Source: an uncultured Gammaproteobacteria bacterium
GTDB taxonomy: Bacteria; Pseudomonadota; Gammaproteobacteria; SZUA-229
DNA: 64,000 bases
Direction of reading: 5' to 3'
Assembly (NCBI GenBank): GCA_963759005.1
Contig: CAVWXQ010000014.1
Location: 23,655-87,654, forward strand
This document shows positions 61,687-64,000 of the stretch, piece by piece; position 1 is the stretch's first letter; each line of letters starts with the position of its first letter. The notes below the pieces were generated by a model. The model was not told the origin of the DNA and did not search any database. It saw nothing but the letters and a program-made list of their open reading frames with translations. The position numbers and the translations under genes were made by a program.

Positions 61687-62719
61687 ATGAAACTACTATC
61701 CAGGCTATTTGACTTCACAGACGTGAAGAGCAGCAATACTGAATCACCTGCTAAAACAGACATTCCAGCCAATGTACTCAACGAGGCCATAGAGCGTGTA
61801 GTAGACGGCACTGATCCCAACATACGGTATTTTCCCGGTTATAAAAAAATTCTTAACAATAGCGTTGCCACTTCTTTGGCTTATATCAGCAATCTGGTCG
61901 ACACCATTCCCGGTCCGATTTTTATCAGCAGCAAAACCTTTAATACCGACCCACAGCTTAAAGCCTATTTTGCTAGCCATGGCAGATATTCAGAATATTT
62001 TTAGTGGCAGCACGGAACTGAGAGACTTCTTTGAAGTACCAGAAAACTGCAATCTGCGCGAAGCCTGTGCACTACTATGTATGAACGAGACAGAAAAACC
62101 CGTGCAGGGAATGGAGCTGCATGGAAATATTATTCAGCGTGATGTCTTGCAAACTACACTGCATTTTTCTGGACATAAGATTTTGTCACCGGCCTCAAGT
62201 GAGACCGAAGTACGCAAAGGCATTAAACAATGTATTTTTGATGCCTTGATCACCCACGTACTGCAACAAATTGTTGAACTTAAACAACAGAAACAGGGAT
62301 TGGAAGTTCAGCGCAGTATACTGAATTCAAGACTGAAAACAAGACAGTCACAGCCTGGTGGTCTAAGCAGCCTGCTGGCCAGTGCAACTGAAGCAAAACG
62401 ATCAGTAAATATTGAACAGCAAATTGCAGAAAATGAAAAAAAGCTCGAAAAACTACCAGCCAGCTGGAATGCTCCACGGTTTTATCTGGAAATTATCAAA
62501 CACACCTTTACCCACCCTGAGAACTTTATACATATCAAAGCGAAGTCTTTCAATATAACTAAAACGGGAATAGTGACCAGTGATGACTCCTCACAGTCAG
62601 TGAACAACATCCATTTTCATGAAGTTTTAATTGCTAATGTGCTAGAACGGGTCATCGCCATTGTGCGTTATCCCCGTAGCGAAATGCTGCCCAGGAAGGC
62701 GTTTAACCTGAAACAGTAA
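61687..62719 (+). CDS. hypothetical protein, frameshifted at about 61985
   Basis: ORFs 61687..62004 and 61865..62719 overlap in different frames (...ASHGRYSEYF* versus MADIQNIFSG...). RBS aggagac before the ATG at 61687. Confidence 0.3.
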
Positions 62720-62895
62720 AAACATAATTACATCATAAAACGAGAACCACTTACCCTGGTCATTAAATATAGGCGTCTATTATTGACCTTTTTTACCTGT
62801 CAGCCACAATCGTGAACGTCTGTTTGAGGGGTTCTAAGTTGAGTTTTACCTGTAGCGCCATATCAGGCATGAACTCAATAACCCATGCCAGCCCT

Positions 62896-63933
62896 TTAGA
62901 AGGTATATTGCGCGCCCAAAGTAAATACAAGATCGGTTTCCAGTTGCGGGCCGTCTAGCTTCTGATAAGCAGGCACGCCTGCTTCGGCAGCAAGCCGCAG
63001 GCTGGTAAATCCGGGTGGAACAAAGTTGATACCTATAAGCGCATCAACACGTGTACCTCCACGGAGGTTCGGGTCGGCAGTCGGTACCATAGCTGGCGCC
63101 AACATCAGCTTGTTATCGCTGCCGTCAATGTTATCCCAATCCAGTGCTTTCAATCGAAAAGAAAAGCTGGTTGATTTTGCCACCTGTTTTGCTGCCCACA
63201 CTGTCGCATTTAACCTGTTGCCTAATGTGTAACCATTATCATTTGTACCTGTTCTAAAGGTATACAGTCCTTGTGCACCCCATGACCAGTTTTCATAGGT
63301 CTGCACGTACGTCAGACCGGGTGTGACGTCCCAGGTACCTGAGCCCAGTTGCATTGGGTAAGGCAAGTGCACATCATCTGGACCCGTAGTGTTATCTCTT
63401 TCGTCAATCGATCCGGTCGGTACATTAACCGCAAAGTTAAACAGGAAATCAGATCCTGGTTTAGCGAACAGTCCATAGGTCGCAGCCAGTTTTACATCAC
63501 CGATACCATCGGACTCAGTGGTAAAATTTGAACCATTCATATTCACAAGATGATCCATCGAAATGGAAGTATATGGAACCATCGCCATCAACGTAAGTTT
63601 ATCTGATGGCGCAAACATGACGCCAATCATGTGCATATCCATGTCCATCGATAACGGGCTAACCATATAACCAGGTAGAGGCACACTAACACTGTCGGTG
63701 TCCGTTCGGTTACCATCCATCTCCATAGACATGAAGCGGTAACTCAGCATGAGTTCACCTTTTCGCATCAGGTGATCGCCCATGACGCCGATCGGTGCAT
63801 GACTATCTGGCCTGGTATGGTCATGACCAGAGTGATCTGCATGGCTCTCATGCCCGGCAGCCTGAGCGGATTGTATCGATAATAGAGACAGCGCAGTCAG
63901 TAATATCGGCGTGTGTTTTTGAGATGAGCTCAT
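62896..63933 (-). CDS. outer-membrane beta-barrel (transporter / MetA-pathway-like family) with His-rich N-terminus
   Basis: Signal peptide. AGHESHADHSGHDHTRPDSHAP plus Met-rich MDMDMHM. C-terminal ...GAQYTF. Confidence 0.45.
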   Translation of the reverse strand: MSSSQKHTPILLTALSLLSIQSAQAAGHESHADHSGHDHTRPDSHAPIGVMGDHLMRKGELMLSYRFMSMEMDGNRTDTDSVSVPLPGYMVSPLSMDMDMHMIGVMFAPSDKLTLMAMVPYTSISMDHLVNMNGSNFTTESDGIGDVKLAATYGLFAKPGSDFLFNFAVNVPTGSIDERDNTTGPDDVHLPYPMQLGSGTWDVTPGLTYVQTYENWSWGAQGLYTFRTGTNDNGYTLGNRLNATVWAAKQVAKSTSFSFRLKALDWDNIDGSDNKLMLAPAMVPTADPNLRGGTRVDALIGINFVPPGFTSLRLAAEAGVPAYQKLDGPQLETDLVFTLGAQYTF

Positions 63934-64000
63934 AGTATTGTCTTTATATTGTTAATTTATGTGATGACTTTTAGTTTGAAAATCATTCCTGGTAAAAATT

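Noticed and set aside
1-64000. tRNA, rRNA and tmRNA genes
   Set aside because: I searched by eye for T-loop (GTTCGAATCC-like) and acceptor/CCA contexts and for 16S/23S-like conserved blocks and found none. A covariance-model scan would be needed to exclude small RNAs.

Overview
The window has two compositional blocks. Positions 1-14,000 are GC-rich (about 57-65% GC); 14,000-64,000 is about 40% GC and repeat-rich, which suggests a gammaproteobacterium-like chromosome.

The GC-rich block is a co-oriented minus-strand copper/manganese-oxidase cluster. It holds a partial c-type cytochrome, two SCO1/SenC copper chaperones (one frameshifted), two REP-like multi-hairpin elements, a parvulin PPIase and a YVTN beta-propeller lipoprotein. 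The largest gene is a roughly 6.5 kb MnxG/MofA-like giant multicopper oxidase broken into at least a dozen frame-shifted pieces. Next to it lie rearranged remnants of a secretin/pilus (T2SS or T4P-like) locus.

The low-GC block has a copper/metal and envelope-stress theme. It encodes a CzcA/CusA-type RND pump translationally coupled to an outer-membrane factor with no adaptor gene, followed by a DUF3240 P-II-like gene. It also has a TAT-exported Csp-like Cys-rich copper-storage protein, an OsmC-like protein and two Spy/CpxP-like LTXXQ paralogs. Two MbnH-like di-heme peroxidases are present, one followed by an MbnP-like Cys-rich lipoprotein and outer-membrane beta-barrels, one with a His-rich N-terminus. 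A cytochrome b561 sits beside a secreted pentaheme cytochrome with Ig-like C-terminal repeats. Other genes are DegP, Hsp20, a DnaQ-like exonuclease paired with a cNMP/CBS/DUF294 nucleotidyltransferase, actP-yjcH with crbS/crbR, and a 1115-aa GT2/OpgH-like fusion glycosyltransferase flanked by two response regulators.

A roughly 250-bp MITE with 19-bp terminal inverted repeats occurs four times, alongside several other short dispersed repeat families, an IS630-like transposase remnant and a PEP-CTERM remnant.

There are many single-base frameshifts in otherwise conserved genes (SCO, the multicopper oxidase, cytochrome b561, csrA, actP, an MbnH-like N-terminus and a hypothetical gene). This is either genome decay or indel-type sequencing error, and I cannot tell which from the sequence alone.

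No rRNA, tRNA or CRISPR array was recognised.
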